Source: Thermoanaerobaculia bacterium (GTDB lineage Bacteria > Acidobacteriota > Thermoanaerobaculia > Gp7-AA8). From it: a stretch of DNA of 64,000 nt. The notes beneath the pieces are model-generated. The model did not search any database. It had not been told where the DNA came from and saw only the letters and a program-made list of their open reading frames with translations. Each line of letters begins with the position of its first letter. Positions within the stretch are counted from its first letter, which is position 1. The translations under genes and the position numbers were made by a program. Location: NCBI GenBank assembly GCA_035525015.1, contig DATLFC010000074.1, positions 3,277-67,276 of the forward strand. Reading direction: 5' to 3'. This document shows positions 1-10,193 of the stretch, one piece after another.

Positions 1-15
1 ATCCTCAAAATCTCG

Positions 16-825
16 ATGGAGGGGCGGGCGTCGCCGCTGAATCTCGAGGCGGTCGTCGTCTGGACGCAGCCGGCAGAAGGAAAGTTCCTTTCCGGCGTCC
101 GCACGTACGGAGCGCCCGACGTCGTCCATGCGCTGATCGCGCAACTGCAGACCTCCAATCGATCGAATCGGATCGAGGAGCTGCGCGCCGCGGACCGGTT
201 CTTCGTGGCGCCGGCTCTCGAGGGGCGGTTCGGTGCCGACTCCGCATGGATCGAGAACCTGTCAGCGCGCGGAGCCCGCATCGAGATGCGCAAGGAGCCG
301 GCCGCCGGGACGTCGCTTCCTCTCGCCTTCCGCGTGCCCGACACGACGCACGATGTCGTGGTGAGTGCGACGGTGATGTGGACGGCCGTCAAATCGATCA
401 ACGGCCGCGGCGCCTCCTCCTGGCGCGCCGGTCTTCTGATTGCCACGAAGCCGGAGCTGATGCGCCTCTCGATCGCTCAGCTCTGTGAGGAGGGGCGGGC
501 CACGCTCGATACGACGTCGCTCGGCCTGAAGCTGAAGATCATGCGGGCGCGCGCACGGCAGTTCGCATCGAAGGACAGGCCGGCGGACACGAGCGACCTT
601 CCGCCGGATCTGCTGCTTCTGATCGAGGGTGTCCGCGAGGAGCTGCGGCTCAATCCCGACGAGGCCATGCACTGGTACCGTCGCGCGCGGCTGATCATCA
701 ACGATCCGGCCACGCGCAGCGCCGCGCCCCTCATCGCCGATCACCCCGATGCGCTGGCGGTCTGGGAGTACCTCGACCGCTCAGTCGACGCCACTCTGAT
801 CGGGCGAGCCTTCCACCTCGGCTGA
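16..825 (+). CDS. PilZ-domain protein (c-di-GMP receptor-like), possibly 5'-truncated by the window edge
   Basis: The ORF is open to the window start. RAADR plus NLSARG match the PilZ RxxxR and (D/N)xSxxG motifs, followed by a second beta-rich half. Confidence 0.45.
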   Translation: MEGRASPLNLEAVVVWTQPAEGKFLSGVRTYGAPDVVHALIAQLQTSNRSNRIEELRAADRFFVAPALEGRFGADSAWIENLSARGARIEMRKEPAAGTSLPLAFRVPDTTHDVVVSATVMWTAVKSINGRGASSWRAGLLIATKPELMRLSIAQLCEEGRATLDTTSLGLKLKIMRARARQFASKDRPADTSDLPPDLLLLIEGVREELRLNPDEAMHWYRRARLIINDPATRSAAPLIADHPDALAVWEYLDRSVDATLIGRAFHLG

Positions 826-1755
826 CCCGGTCAGCGCCGACACATTCCTGCGCATTCCCGCGAGTTTCGCGCGCTTCACCGCGCTCCTGCGGAACAGCCG
901 CGAGAACGCGGCCTGCTCGTACTTCAGCAGGTCGGTGACCGGCGTCGCGCGATACTCGTCGCGCGCGCGGAACGCCGGATGCGCCGCGGCCGGCGCATGG
1001 TTCCAGGGACAAACCTCCTGGCAGATGTCGCAGCCGAAGGCGTTTCCCTCCAGGTGCGTACTCACGTTTTCAGGCAGTGCACCGCGATGTTCGATCGTCG
1101 CGTAGCTGATGCACTCTCCCGACGCGACGGTGCGATTCGGAAGGATGGCGCTGGTCGGACATGCGTCGACGCAGCGGGTGCAGGTGCCGCAGCGATCGGC
1201 GACCAGCGCTGCATCGATATCGTTTTCGAGCGAGGTCAGCAGAGTGCCGATGAAGAGATACGATCCGTTCGTCTCGTCGATCAGCATGCCGTTTCGGCCG
1301 ATCCAGCCGAGGCCGGCCTGCGCCGCCGCGGCGCGATCCGAGAGCGGACCGGTGTCGACATAGCGCCACGTCTTCGCCTCCGGTGCCAGGCGCCCGATCT
1401 CCTCCTCGAACCGCCGCAGCATCCGGTCCAGGACCTGGTGATAGTCGTCGCCCAGCGCATAACGGGCGACATGATGACTCAGCGCTCCGGCCGGTGCCTG
1501 CGGCCGCTCGGAGGCATAGGGGACGAGCATGACCACGATCGAGCGCGCCCACGGAAAGCGGCGCCGCGGATCGAGCCTGACCTCGCGGTTCTTCGCGAGA
1601 TAGGCCATCGAGGCGTGATGGCCGCGGTCGATCCACTCCTCGAACATCTCCGCGTGCCGGTCGATCAGGTCGCTGGCCCCGAGGCGGACGACCCCCTCCT
1701 CGCGCGCGGCGCGTTCCAGCAAAGGCCAGACCTCGGAGAGTCTCGTGATCATCAT
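781..1755 (-). CDS. queG: Epoxyqueuosine reductase QueG
   Basis: DUF1730-like region and tandem 4Fe-4S ferredoxin motifs (CGTCTRCVDACP, CDICQEVCP). The start is chosen at MMITRL so that it forms an ATGA overlap with the upstream gene's stop, and the N-terminal part of the long ORF is discarded. Confidence 0.85.
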   Translation of the reverse strand: MMITRLSEVWPLLERAAREEGVVRLGASDLIDRHAEMFEEWIDRGHHASMAYLAKNREVRLDPRRRFPWARSIVVMLVPYASERPQAPAGALSHHVARYALGDDYHQVLDRMLRRFEEEIGRLAPEAKTWRYVDTGPLSDRAAAAQAGLGWIGRNGMLIDETNGSYLFIGTLLTSLENDIDAALVADRCGTCTRCVDACPTSAILPNRTVASGECISYATIEHRGALPENVSTHLEGNAFGCDICQEVCPWNHAPAAAHPAFRARDEYRATPVTDLLKYEQAAFSRLFRRSAVKRAKLAGMRRNVSALTGSAEVEGSPDQSGVD

Positions 1756-2969
1756 TTCGAGCGGCCGCTCTGCCGGAGCGTGAAGGTCGCGATTTCCGGG
1801 CGGCAGAGGATCCGCAGCGGCGGAACGGCGCCGATTCCGCGGCTGACGTACATCAACACGTTGCGCACGCGGTGAAATCCTGAAGCGTACCTGGCCTCGT
1901 ATCGCGACGGCACCACCACCGCACCGAAGAACGGAAACCGGATCTGGCCGCCATGCGTGTGTCCGCACACCAGAAGGTCGAGGCGGCAGTCGCCGAGATC
2001 GCCGATCAGATCGGGATGGTGCGTCACTCCGATCCGCGGTCCGTGAGCCAGGCCGGCGAAGGCGGCGTCGAGATCGGGCTCTCCCCGGTAGACCTCGTCG
2101 ATGCCGACCAGCGGGAGCTCCGCTCCTCCTCGCCGCAGCATCACCGAGCGATTGATGATGAACTCCACACCGCGGTCCGTCATGGCGCTCCTGACGTCAT
2201 CGCCGCCGGCCCAGTAATCGTGATTTCCGAGGACGGCATACATGCCATCGCGTGCGTGGAGCTCACCGATCAGCGCATTCGCCATGAGCGGAATGTCGCG
2301 GTGAAACGATACGAAATCGCCGCCGAGAAGGATGATGTCGGGCTCGGCGCGGTTCGTCTGCGCCACCACTTCCTCGTAGTACCTCCGGCGGACGAAGCGC
2401 GCCACGTGCGTGTCGGTGAGGAACGCGATCCGGTAGCCCTCGAACGCAGCCGGCAGCCCGTCGATGAACACCTCATGCCGCGTGATCTCGATGTCGTACA
2501 CGTCGTTGTGCGCGCCGAGCCTGCGCAGCCAGGCGAACGGGATGTGCGCACGCCGGATCCGGATCACTTCGCCGGGCCGCGTCCGGACACCCGCCGGGGC
2601 CCGCTCGTGTTTCATGCGCAGCCGGATGGTGTCGACGATCCAGTAAACGCCGACACCGGCCGCGAAGAGCAGCCACCACAGTCCGATCTGCCCGAGTGTC
2701 GCATCCCAGTCGACCCGCTCCACCGCCTCCGGCGTGATCCGGTCGAGCGCTTCCGTCCGGAGCATCCAGTCGATCCAGCGATGGAGAGGCCACAGCAGCG
2801 CCGTCATCACCAGCAGGAGTGGCGGTACGACCCACAGGAGCCATGTCCAGGGACTCTTTTCGTGTTTGTGGCTGCCGAAGACGATGCGGTTCAGAACGAA
2901 GAGGAACATGCGCGCGTCGCCGAGCAACGCCAGAAGGAGAAGAACGACGAAGAGGACTCGGAGGATCAT
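1752..2969 (-). CDS. Membrane-anchored calcineurin-like metallophosphoesterase
   Basis: N-terminal transmembrane helices followed by GDxH / GNHD / GHTH metallophosphatase motifs (LGGDFV, LGNHDYW, CGHTHGG). Confidence 0.75.
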   Translation of the reverse strand: MILRVLFVVLLLLALLGDARMFLFVLNRIVFGSHKHEKSPWTWLLWVVPPLLLVMTALLWPLHRWIDWMLRTEALDRITPEAVERVDWDATLGQIGLWWLLFAAGVGVYWIVDTIRLRMKHERAPAGVRTRPGEVIRIRRAHIPFAWLRRLGAHNDVYDIEITRHEVFIDGLPAAFEGYRIAFLTDTHVARFVRRRYYEEVVAQTNRAEPDIILLGGDFVSFHRDIPLMANALIGELHARDGMYAVLGNHDYWAGGDDVRSAMTDRGVEFIINRSVMLRRGGAELPLVGIDEVYRGEPDLDAAFAGLAHGPRIGVTHHPDLIGDLGDCRLDLLVCGHTHGGQIRFPFFGAVVVPSRYEARYASGFHRVRNVLMYVSRGIGAVPPLRILCRPEIATFTLRQSGRSK

Positions 2970-2979
2970 GAAGGCATCT

Positions 2980-3798
2980 TCATGACACCCGCTCGAGAAT
3001 CGGGCCGATCAGATTTTCCGGAACTTTGATCGTGCCGAGCGTCTCGGAAGCCTTTGCCGAACCGTGATCGTCCGACCCTCCGGTGATGAACTTGCCGCGA
3101 AACCGGGCCATGTTCTGGTACATGTCGCGATCGCCGGCCGGTACGTCGGGATGCATCGCTTCCACCGCGTCGACGCCGGAGTCGAGAACCTTCGCCACCA
3201 GGCGGGCGTGATCGGGATAGAGAGAAGGATGCGCCACCGATGTCACGCCGCCCGCGCTCCGGATCATCGACACCGCCTCGGCGATGCGGAAGCGCTCTTT
3301 TTCGACATAGGCCGGCTTTCCGGTTCCGATGAGGGTGTCGAACGCCTCGGCGACCGAGCGGGCGTGTCCACGCTCGACCAGCGCTCGCGCGACGTGCGGA
3401 CGCCCCACCGCTCCTCCTGCCGCCAGTTCATCCACGCGCTCGTGGGCGATGTCGTAGCCGAGTGTCCGGAGCTTCTCGACCATGGCTCTACTCCGCCGCT
3501 CGCGCATGCTGCGGAAGGAGCGGAGACGGGCATCGATGGCTTCATCGTGAGGATCGAAGGCGTAGGCGAGGATGTGGACGTCGACTCCTTCGAACGCGCA
3601 CGACAGCTCGATGGCCGGGATCAGCGTCACCCCGATGCCGTCAGCGTACGGCTTTGCTTCGAAGTACGCGGCCAGGTTGTCGTGATCGCTGATGGCGACG
3701 ATGTCGATTCCATGGCTCCGCGCCACGTCGACGACTTCGCGCGGAGTGCGCGTCCCATCGGAGTGGTGCGTGTGCGTGTGAAGATCTGCGTAGCGCAT
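2980..3798 (-). CDS. PHP-family metal-dependent phosphoesterase
   Basis: The N-terminal HTHTHHSDG motif is typical of the PHP (polymerase/histidinol phosphatase) domain. Confidence 0.7.
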   Translation of the reverse strand: MRYADLHTHTHHSDGTRTPREVVDVARSHGIDIVAISDHDNLAAYFEAKPYADGIGVTLIPAIELSCAFEGVDVHILAYAFDPHDEAIDARLRSFRSMRERRSRAMVEKLRTLGYDIAHERVDELAAGGAVGRPHVARALVERGHARSVAEAFDTLIGTGKPAYVEKERFRIAEAVSMIRSAGGVTSVAHPSLYPDHARLVAKVLDSGVDAVEAMHPDVPAGDRDMYQNMARFRGKFITGGSDDHGSAKASETLGTIKVPENLIGPILERVS

Positions 3799-3883
3799 GA
3801 ATCGGGGCTCGGGGCTCAGGGCTCAGGCAAGAGGGAGGGCGGTGGGGTCTGAGCCCCGAGCGCCGAGCCCCGAGCCCCGACTC
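3799..3883 (-). terminator. GC-rich imperfect palindrome built from CGGGGCTC repeat units, immediately 3' of ileS
   Basis: cggggctcggggctcagggctcagg ... ctgagccccgagcgccgagccccgagccccg forms arms of about 25-30 bp. Its position after the ileS stop suggests a terminator or attenuator hairpin. Confidence 0.45.
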
Positions 3884-6694
3884 CTAAACCGTCGCGGGCG
3901 TGACGAGCTCATCGAGGACACTTTGGCAACGCGCACAAACCGCTCCCTCCACGTGGACCTCCTCGCGGTACTGCCAGCAGCGGCCGCACTTCTTTCCGCG
4001 CGCCGGCTTCATCGAGACGGCGATCCGGCCCAGTCCTTCGATGTCGACGGCGTCGGTCGCGCTGTCGTCCGGCGGCCGGAAGTCGACGTGCGAGACGATG
4101 AGGAGCTTCGCCAGGTCGACGTTGACGCTTCCGAGCAGCGCCTCCGGCGACATCCTCGTGTGCAGGACGATGTCCGCCTCGAGCGACTGCCCGATCTGCT
4201 GCACGGCGCGCGCGCGCTCCAGCACCTTCGTGGCCGTCTCGCGGACACGGAAGATGCGCTGCCAGGCCTCGACGTCGGCGTCGGGGAGCTTCGCTCCTTC
4301 GAGTTTCTCGAAGTCGGCCAGGTGAACCGACTTCTCTTTCTGACCGGGCATGGCCTCGTAGATCTCCTCGGCCGTGAAGCTGATGATCGGAGCCAGCGTC
4401 GTCACCAGTCCCCGCAGAATCCGGTACATCACCGTCTGCCCTGACCGGCGCGCCAGCGAGGCGGGTCCCTCGCAGTACATCGTGTCCTTCGACGCGTCGA
4501 GGTAGACCGAGGAGAGGTCGACCGTGCAGAGGTCGACGATGCGGTGGTAGACGGCGTGAAACTCGTAGTCGCCGTACGCTTTCTGGCAGCGTTCGAACGC
4601 CCGTGCCGCGCGATCGAGGATCCAGCGGTCGATCGGCAGAAGCTGCTCGACCGGGAGCGCCGCGGCCGGGTCGAAGTCGTAGAGATTCGCCAGCAGATAC
4701 CGCGCTGTGTTCCTGATCTTCCGGTAGGCCTCGGCGATGCGGGCGATGATCTCCTTTCCCAGCGCCATGTCGTCGCGGTAGTCGATCATGGCCACCCAGA
4801 GGCGGAGGATGTCGGCGCCATTCTGCTTGACGATGTCCTGCGGCGAGACGACGTTGCCGAGGGACTTCGACATCTTGCGCCCCTTCTCGTCGACCACGAA
4901 GCCGTGGGTGATGACCTGCTCGTACGGCGCGCCCCCCTCGACGCCGACGCCGATGAGAAGCGAGGACTGGAACCAGCCCCGATGCTGATCGTGCCCTTCG
5001 ACGTAGACGGCCACCGGCCAGCCGAGCTCCGGGCGAGCTTTGCAGACGGCAATGTGCGACGAACCGGAGTCGAACCAGACGTCGAGGATGTCGAGGTCCT
5101 TGCGGAACGAGGTGCTGCCGCACCTGCATGCGTGGCCGGCCGGGAGGAACTCCTTCGCGTCGTGCTCGAACCAGGCGTCGGCGCCTTCGGCGCGGAACAG
5201 TTCCGTCACTCTGCCGAACAGCTCGAGGGTCGTCACCGGCTCACTGCACTGCTCGCAGTAGAGAACGGTGATCGGAACACCCCAGAGCCGCTGCCGTGAG
5301 ATGACCCAGTCCGGGCGATTCTCGAGCATGCCGGTCATCCGCTCCTGACCCCAGTGCGGCACCCATTTCACCTTGCGTACTTCAGCCAGCGCCCGTTCAC
5401 GAAGCTTCGTCTCCTCCATGCTGATGAACCACTGTTCGGTGGCGCGGAAGATGATCGGGTTCTTGCAGCGCCAGCAGTGCGGGTACTGGTGCGTGAGCGA
5501 TTCGGAAAAGACGAGCACGCCGCGCTCGCGGAGATGCTCGACGATCAGCGGATTGGCCTTGAACACGTGCATGCCGGCCCAGAGAGGCACGTCGGGTGTG
5601 AACTGACCGCGATGGTTCACCGGCGTATAGATCTCCAGACCATACCCGCGGCCGGTGTTGAAATCGTCGGCACCGTGTCCCGGCGCGGTATGAACCAGGC
5701 CGGTGCCCTGGTCGAGCGTCACGTAGTCGCCGAGGAGGAAGACTCCTTCCCGTGGCAGGAAGGCGTGGCGGTAACGGAGGTGCTCGAACGCGGAGCCGCG
5801 GAACACCTTCACCACCTTGTATTCGCCCCATCCGAACTTCTTCGTCACGCCGGCGACGAGGTCGGCGGCCACGATGTGGTTCGCACCGTCATGCTCGACG
5901 ACGGCGTACTCGAAGTCCGGCTTCACGACGATGGCAAGGTTGGCGGGAAGCGTCCACGGAGTCGTCGTCCAGATGACGGCGTAGACCGGTTTCTCGATCG
6001 GCAGATCGAGGCTCTGTACCGCCTCGTCCGTCAGGCGGAAACGGACGTACACCGATGGCGAGGTGTGCTCCTCGTATTCGACTTCCGCCTCGGCGAGCGC
6101 GCTCTGGTCGTACGTACACCAGTGCACCGGTTTGAGTCCCTTGTAGACGGCGCCCGTCTCGAAGTAGCGGCCCAGTGCGCCGGCGATGTCCGCCTCGTAG
6201 TCGAAGGCCATGGTCATGTACGGGTTGTCCCAGTCCCCCAGGACGCCGAGGCGGATGAAGTCGTCGCGCTGGATGTCGATGTACTTCGCCGCGAACTGAC
6301 GGCAGGCGCGGCGAAACTCGGCCGCGCTCATCTCTTTCTTCTTCCCGCCGAGCTCTTTTTCCACGGCGAATTCGATCGGCAGGCCATGGCAGTCCCAGCC
6401 GGGAACGTAAGGAGAGTCGAAACCCATCATGGTCCGGGACTTGACGATCATGTCCTTGAGGATCTTGTTCAGTGCATGGCCGATGTGAATTTTGCCGTTT
6501 GCGTACGGAGGACCGTCGTGCAGCACGAACTTCGGACGGCCGCCCGACTTCTCGCGAAGGAGCTTGTAGATACCGATCGTCCGCCACTGTTCGAGCCACT
6601 TCGGCTCGTTCTGCAGTAGGTTCGCCTTCATGGCGAACGACGTCTGCGGAAGATTGAGTGTTTTCTTGTAGTCGCTACTGCTCGATACGGCCAT
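3884..6694 (-). CDS. ileS: Isoleucyl-tRNA synthetase
   Basis: 936 aa. Class I aaRS KMSKS motif (KMSKSLGN), an editing-domain region, and a C-terminal zinc finger (CGRCW...CARC). Confidence 0.95.
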   Translation of the reverse strand: MAVSSSSDYKKTLNLPQTSFAMKANLLQNEPKWLEQWRTIGIYKLLREKSGGRPKFVLHDGPPYANGKIHIGHALNKILKDMIVKSRTMMGFDSPYVPGWDCHGLPIEFAVEKELGGKKKEMSAAEFRRACRQFAAKYIDIQRDDFIRLGVLGDWDNPYMTMAFDYEADIAGALGRYFETGAVYKGLKPVHWCTYDQSALAEAEVEYEEHTSPSVYVRFRLTDEAVQSLDLPIEKPVYAVIWTTTPWTLPANLAIVVKPDFEYAVVEHDGANHIVAADLVAGVTKKFGWGEYKVVKVFRGSAFEHLRYRHAFLPREGVFLLGDYVTLDQGTGLVHTAPGHGADDFNTGRGYGLEIYTPVNHRGQFTPDVPLWAGMHVFKANPLIVEHLRERGVLVFSESLTHQYPHCWRCKNPIIFRATEQWFISMEETKLRERALAEVRKVKWVPHWGQERMTGMLENRPDWVISRQRLWGVPITVLYCEQCSEPVTTLELFGRVTELFRAEGADAWFEHDAKEFLPAGHACRCGSTSFRKDLDILDVWFDSGSSHIAVCKARPELGWPVAVYVEGHDQHRGWFQSSLLIGVGVEGGAPYEQVITHGFVVDEKGRKMSKSLGNVVSPQDIVKQNGADILRLWVAMIDYRDDMALGKEIIARIAEAYRKIRNTARYLLANLYDFDPAAALPVEQLLPIDRWILDRAARAFERCQKAYGDYEFHAVYHRIVDLCTVDLSSVYLDASKDTMYCEGPASLARRSGQTVMYRILRGLVTTLAPIISFTAEEIYEAMPGQKEKSVHLADFEKLEGAKLPDADVEAWQRIFRVRETATKVLERARAVQQIGQSLEADIVLHTRMSPEALLGSVNVDLAKLLIVSHVDFRPPDDSATDAVDIEGLGRIAVSMKPARGKKCGRCWQYREEVHVEGAVCARCQSVLDELVTPATV

Positions 6695-6736
6695 GGTGAC
6701 CGGCCAAACTAGCAGTGGCAGGTGCCTATTTCAAGG

Positions 6737-8086
6737 CTACATGCCGCCGGCGGTGAGGCCGCGCGGCGGCGTTACGCGCAGCTTCTGGCCGGGTTGGAGT
6801 ATCGCGTCCTTCCGCAGATCGTTCAGCTCGCAGAGGTCGCCGACGCTGAGCTTGTGCTTCCTGGCGATCGCGGACAGCGTGTCTCCCTTGCGCACGGTAT
6901 GGAAGACGTCCTCGTCGTCGGCGTGGCGAAGGAGCGTCCCCAGGCGGCGGGCGTTTACCGGAACGTAGATCGAGCGGCCGGCGCGCAGCGAGTCACCGGG
7001 GCGGAGATCGTTCATCTCGAGAATCGTCCCGGGCTGCGTGCCGAACCTGCGGGCCAGTCTGGTCACCGTATCGCCTTTGCGCACGACGAGCGCGGCGACG
7101 TCGATCTCCGTGTCGTCCTCTCGGAGCGTCGCGGCCACTTCCGCCAGGAGAGGGGCCGCAGCGGCGGGGACGGTCACGTTTCGCCGGCCCGGCGGCACCA
7201 GGCCGCGGTGCAGCGCCGGGTTCAACTCCTGCAGCTCGCTCTCGCTGAGGCCGGCCGACCCGGCCAGGAATCGGAGCGAGAGCGGTCCGTCGACGGTGAT
7301 GGTCCCCAGATCGGCGGGCGCGTGAGGCTCGAGGCGGAAACCATAGGCCTCGGGATCCCCGGCGATGTGCAGCGTGGCGTAGAACGTCGGAACGTATCCC
7401 CGCGTCTCCTTCGGCAGCGCGCTCCTTTCCAGAAGCTCCCAGAAGGTGGTTGCGCCGGTGCTCTCGAGCGCGCGCCGCACCCGGCCGGGGCCGCAGTTGT
7501 ATGCGGCGAGCGCCAGGGACCAGTCGCCGAACTCGCGATACAGATCGGTAAGGAAGGCGGCCGCCGCGGCGGTCGACTTCTCGGGATCGGCGCGCTCGTC
7601 GATCCACCAGTCGACACGGAGGCCGTACTCGCGCGCGGTCGCGGGCATGAACTGCCACAGCCCGTGTGCGCCGGCGCGCGAGGTGAGAGTGGGGATGTAA
7701 GCGCTCTCGATGACCGGCAGGTAGGCGAGCGCCTTCGGCAGTGCGTGCTCATCGAGAATGGCGTCGATCATGCTGCGGTAGCGCGTTGCTCGAAGGAGCG
7801 AAGTCTGAATCTTGTCCCGCAACGACGTGGAGAAGTATTGGACGGCTCCGTGGATCGAACGATGATCCGGCATCGGGATCGAGGCGGCTGCCTCGACGTC
7901 GACCTCCGGTCCTGATCCGGGGTGCTGTTCGCGGGCGACGATGCCGCCCCAGGCCAGCTCGAGGTCGCTCCGGAGCACTTCCGGATCGGCCGGCGTGGCG
8001 CGCGGCGGATCCGATGAAGGTGGGGTGGCCGTCACGCACGAGACGCACAGCAGCGCCACCGGCAACAGCCATCGTCTGTCCATCAT
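6737..8086 (-). CDS. mltD: Lytic murein transglycosylase with two C-terminal LysM domains (MltD-like)
   Basis: Signal peptide MMDRRWLLPVALLCVSCV. SLT-domain motif ESAYIP...GLWQFMPATAREYGL. Two LysM repeats (VRKGDTVTRLARRFG, VRKGDTLSAIARKHK). Start moved to the MMDRR codon. Confidence 0.8.
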   Translation of the reverse strand: MMDRRWLLPVALLCVSCVTATPPSSDPPRATPADPEVLRSDLELAWGGIVAREQHPGSGPEVDVEAAASIPMPDHRSIHGAVQYFSTSLRDKIQTSLLRATRYRSMIDAILDEHALPKALAYLPVIESAYIPTLTSRAGAHGLWQFMPATAREYGLRVDWWIDERADPEKSTAAAAAFLTDLYREFGDWSLALAAYNCGPGRVRRALESTGATTFWELLERSALPKETRGYVPTFYATLHIAGDPEAYGFRLEPHAPADLGTITVDGPLSLRFLAGSAGLSESELQELNPALHRGLVPPGRRNVTVPAAAAPLLAEVAATLREDDTEIDVAALVVRKGDTVTRLARRFGTQPGTILEMNDLRPGDSLRAGRSIYVPVNARRLGTLLRHADDEDVFHTVRKGDTLSAIARKHKLSVGDLCELNDLRKDAILQPGQKLRVTPPRGLTAGGM

Positions 8087-8126
8087 CCCCCTCCCCATCC
8101 CTCGGCTGTCGACTTCTGAAGGACCG

Positions 8127-9335
8127 CTACGACTGGTCGACCCGCAGGTTGACCGATACGGCGTGAACATCGGCCGTATCCCCGAGCTCGACGCGCTCCG
8201 ACTGCTCATGGACGACGTCGTCGCCGTTCTCGAAGGATACCGTAACGCGCATGGCACGGGCGCCCGAGAGCGTCTCCGGCGGAACGGCCAGATTGATGGC
8301 CTTCTGAATCTCCCGGCCGACGCCGCGCGGGATGTCGGGCTTCGGAGCGGCATTCTTCTTCTTCTTGAGCTTGGGAGACGAAGAGGTGGCGCGCTTTCGC
8401 AGCGCCTCCAGCTCGGCCATGACGTCGATCGTCGACCGCACTTTCACCGTTTTCACCGGCGGCTTTTCGGGCACCGGCTCCACCGCTGCATCGCCGCTCC
8501 GCTTTTCCTCCGTCCGTCCGGAGGCGACGCCCGCCCCGACCGGCTCCATCGCTTCTTCACTCTCACTGAGCTCTTCGATGAGCTCCTCCACCGCCCGCGC
8601 GCGATCGCCGCCGCCGAACGATGGTGTGACGACGTTGGCCGATGCTTCCGGTTTTCCGGCAGCCTCGGGCCGTGGTTGTTCCTTCATGCGGAACTGCGCC
8701 ACATCGCCGAGCGTCCGGGCCGTCGGCCGGGCCGGCTCATCGCCCGTCATGCGGCGGCGCAGCGTTCGCAGCGTCAGCTTCGAGATCAGCTTCAGGGTCT
8801 CGAACACGCCCGTCCCGATCGACGCCACCGACTCCACGACTTCGTATTTCCCCTCCGGATCGAGAGCCTGCACCATCGACTCGGCGGTGGCCACGTTCGG
8901 CAGATCGCGTTTATTCAACTGGAGGATCAGCGGGATCTCGTCGAGCACGAGCCCGATCTCGGCCAGGTTCTCGCGCAGATTCCTGAAACTGTCGATGTTC
9001 GCGTCGAACATCGCCTGCTGCGAATCGGCGACGAAGACGATGCCGTCGACGCCTTTCAGCACGAGCTTGCGCGTCGTGTTGTAGAACACCTGTCCCGGAA
9101 TGGTGTAGAGCTGCAGCCGGGTCTTGAAGCCGCCGATCACGCCGACGTCGATCGGAAGAAGGTCGAAAAAAAGCGTCCGGTCCGTCTCGGTCTCCAGGCT
9201 GACCATCTCCCCGCGGCTTCCGGGTGAGGTCTTGGCATAGATGTGGTGGAGATTGGTCGTTTTCCCGCAGAGACCAGGACCGTAATACACGATCTTGGCC
9301 GCCATCTGCATCGTCGCGTAATTGAAGAAGACCAT
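8127..9335 (-). CDS. MglA/SofG-like Ras-family small GTPase with ~200-aa C-terminal extension
   Basis: The N-terminal 195 aa align with motility GTPase MglA (MVFFNY..KIVYYGPGLCGKTTNL..ETDRTLFFD..QLNKRDLP). The tail is a Pro/Glu/Ala-rich linker, a KKKK patch and a ~70-aa terminal domain. Start set at MVFFNY. Confidence 0.8.
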   Translation of the reverse strand: MVFFNYATMQMAAKIVYYGPGLCGKTTNLHHIYAKTSPGSRGEMVSLETETDRTLFFDLLPIDVGVIGGFKTRLQLYTIPGQVFYNTTRKLVLKGVDGIVFVADSQQAMFDANIDSFRNLRENLAEIGLVLDEIPLILQLNKRDLPNVATAESMVQALDPEGKYEVVESVASIGTGVFETLKLISKLTLRTLRRRMTGDEPARPTARTLGDVAQFRMKEQPRPEAAGKPEASANVVTPSFGGGDRARAVEELIEELSESEEAMEPVGAGVASGRTEEKRSGDAAVEPVPEKPPVKTVKVRSTIDVMAELEALRKRATSSSPKLKKKKNAAPKPDIPRGVGREIQKAINLAVPPETLSGARAMRVTVSFENGDDVVHEQSERVELGDTADVHAVSVNLRVDQS

Positions 9336-9386
9336 CCGAACAGGCTCCGGGACCCGGTGCGAAGCAGCGATCGATGGTAGCACCCG

Positions 9387-10139
9387 CTACTTCGGGGTCG
9401 CAAGGCGGGCCGAGGTGATCCAGGCGGCGAGAAGTTTGTACAGTTCTGCAACTTGCGCGTCATCGCCGATCGCGGAGACGTGCCGCGCCATGACCTCCTC
9501 GTCCCCTCGTGCGGCCGGTCCGGTGAAGCGCCGGGCGTCGTCGTGAGCTTTCCAGTTTTGAATGGCCGATTCGGCCAGGGCGACCAGGTCCCGGCGGACA
9601 TCGCCGGCGCCCGCGCGGCGCATCAGATCGGCCGAGACGTCGAGCACCGCGGCGACATAGTTCGCACCGAAGACGGCGGCGGCGTGGTAGAGCGGCTTCT
9701 GCTCGGCCGTCACCTCGGCGAACCGCGCGCCGACCGCCGTGGTGATGAGTCTCGCCGTTTTCGGGTGTTCCCCCTGGAATACCAGCAGCGTATCGGCGAG
9801 ATCGGATGGCTCGCCGACCGGTGGCAGCGCCTTCAGCGGATGGAGCGAGAACCCCCCGGCCGGCGCCGCCAGCGCGCCGCTCGAGTGGAAGATGATCGCT
9901 TCGCCAGAGGGGATCTTCGCGACGATCCCATCGACCGCCCTGTCGCTGACCGCCACGAGCAGCAGTTCCGCCTCCGCGGCGAGCTGGTCGACGTCGCGGC
10001 GGCGAGCGCCCAGCAGCTCCGGCAGGCGGCTTTCCGACTCCGGCCGCAACCAGACGCCGGACAACGGCCATCCGATCCGCAGCCATGCCGTCCCCCAGGC
10101 CCATGCCGCGCGGCCGCCACCAAGAATGCCGAGACGCAT
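9387..10139 (-). CDS. Rossmann-like NAD(P)-binding / DUF2520-family protein
   Basis: N-terminal GxGxxA dinucleotide fold (LGILGGGRAAWAWG) and a C-terminal DUF2520-like region. Confidence 0.55.
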   Translation of the reverse strand: MRLGILGGGRAAWAWGTAWLRIGWPLSGVWLRPESESRLPELLGARRRDVDQLAAEAELLLVAVSDRAVDGIVAKIPSGEAIIFHSSGALAAPAGGFSLHPLKALPPVGEPSDLADTLLVFQGEHPKTARLITTAVGARFAEVTAEQKPLYHAAAVFGANYVAAVLDVSADLMRRAGAGDVRRDLVALAESAIQNWKAHDDARRFTGPAARGDEEVMARHVSAIGDDAQVAELYKLLAAWITSARLATPK

Positions 10140-10157
10140 CGTATCCTTAGAGTAACC

Positions 10158-10186
10158 GGTTCACGGTGAACCGTTCACCGTGAACC
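10158..10186. promoter_or_regulatory. Tandem palindromic operator-like sites GGTTCACGGTGAACC / GTTCACCGTGAAC
   Basis: Two abutting perfect inverted repeats (GTTCAC-N-GTGAAC) in the 54-bp divergent intergenic region. They lie 8 nt upstream of the ATG at 10194. Confidence 0.4.
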
Positions 10187-10193
10187 GTCTGTC

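Noticed and set aside
3799-3883. Possible CRISPR or mini-satellite from the CGGGGCTC repeats
   Set aside because: There are only three 8-bp units per arm, arranged as a palindrome with no spacers. This is a hairpin, not a CRISPR array.
5354-6619. 421-aa plus-strand ORF antisense to ileS
   Set aside because: It lies entirely inside a well-supported ileS coding region on the opposite strand. Arg/Gly-rich composition is typical of spurious antisense frames in high-GC DNA.
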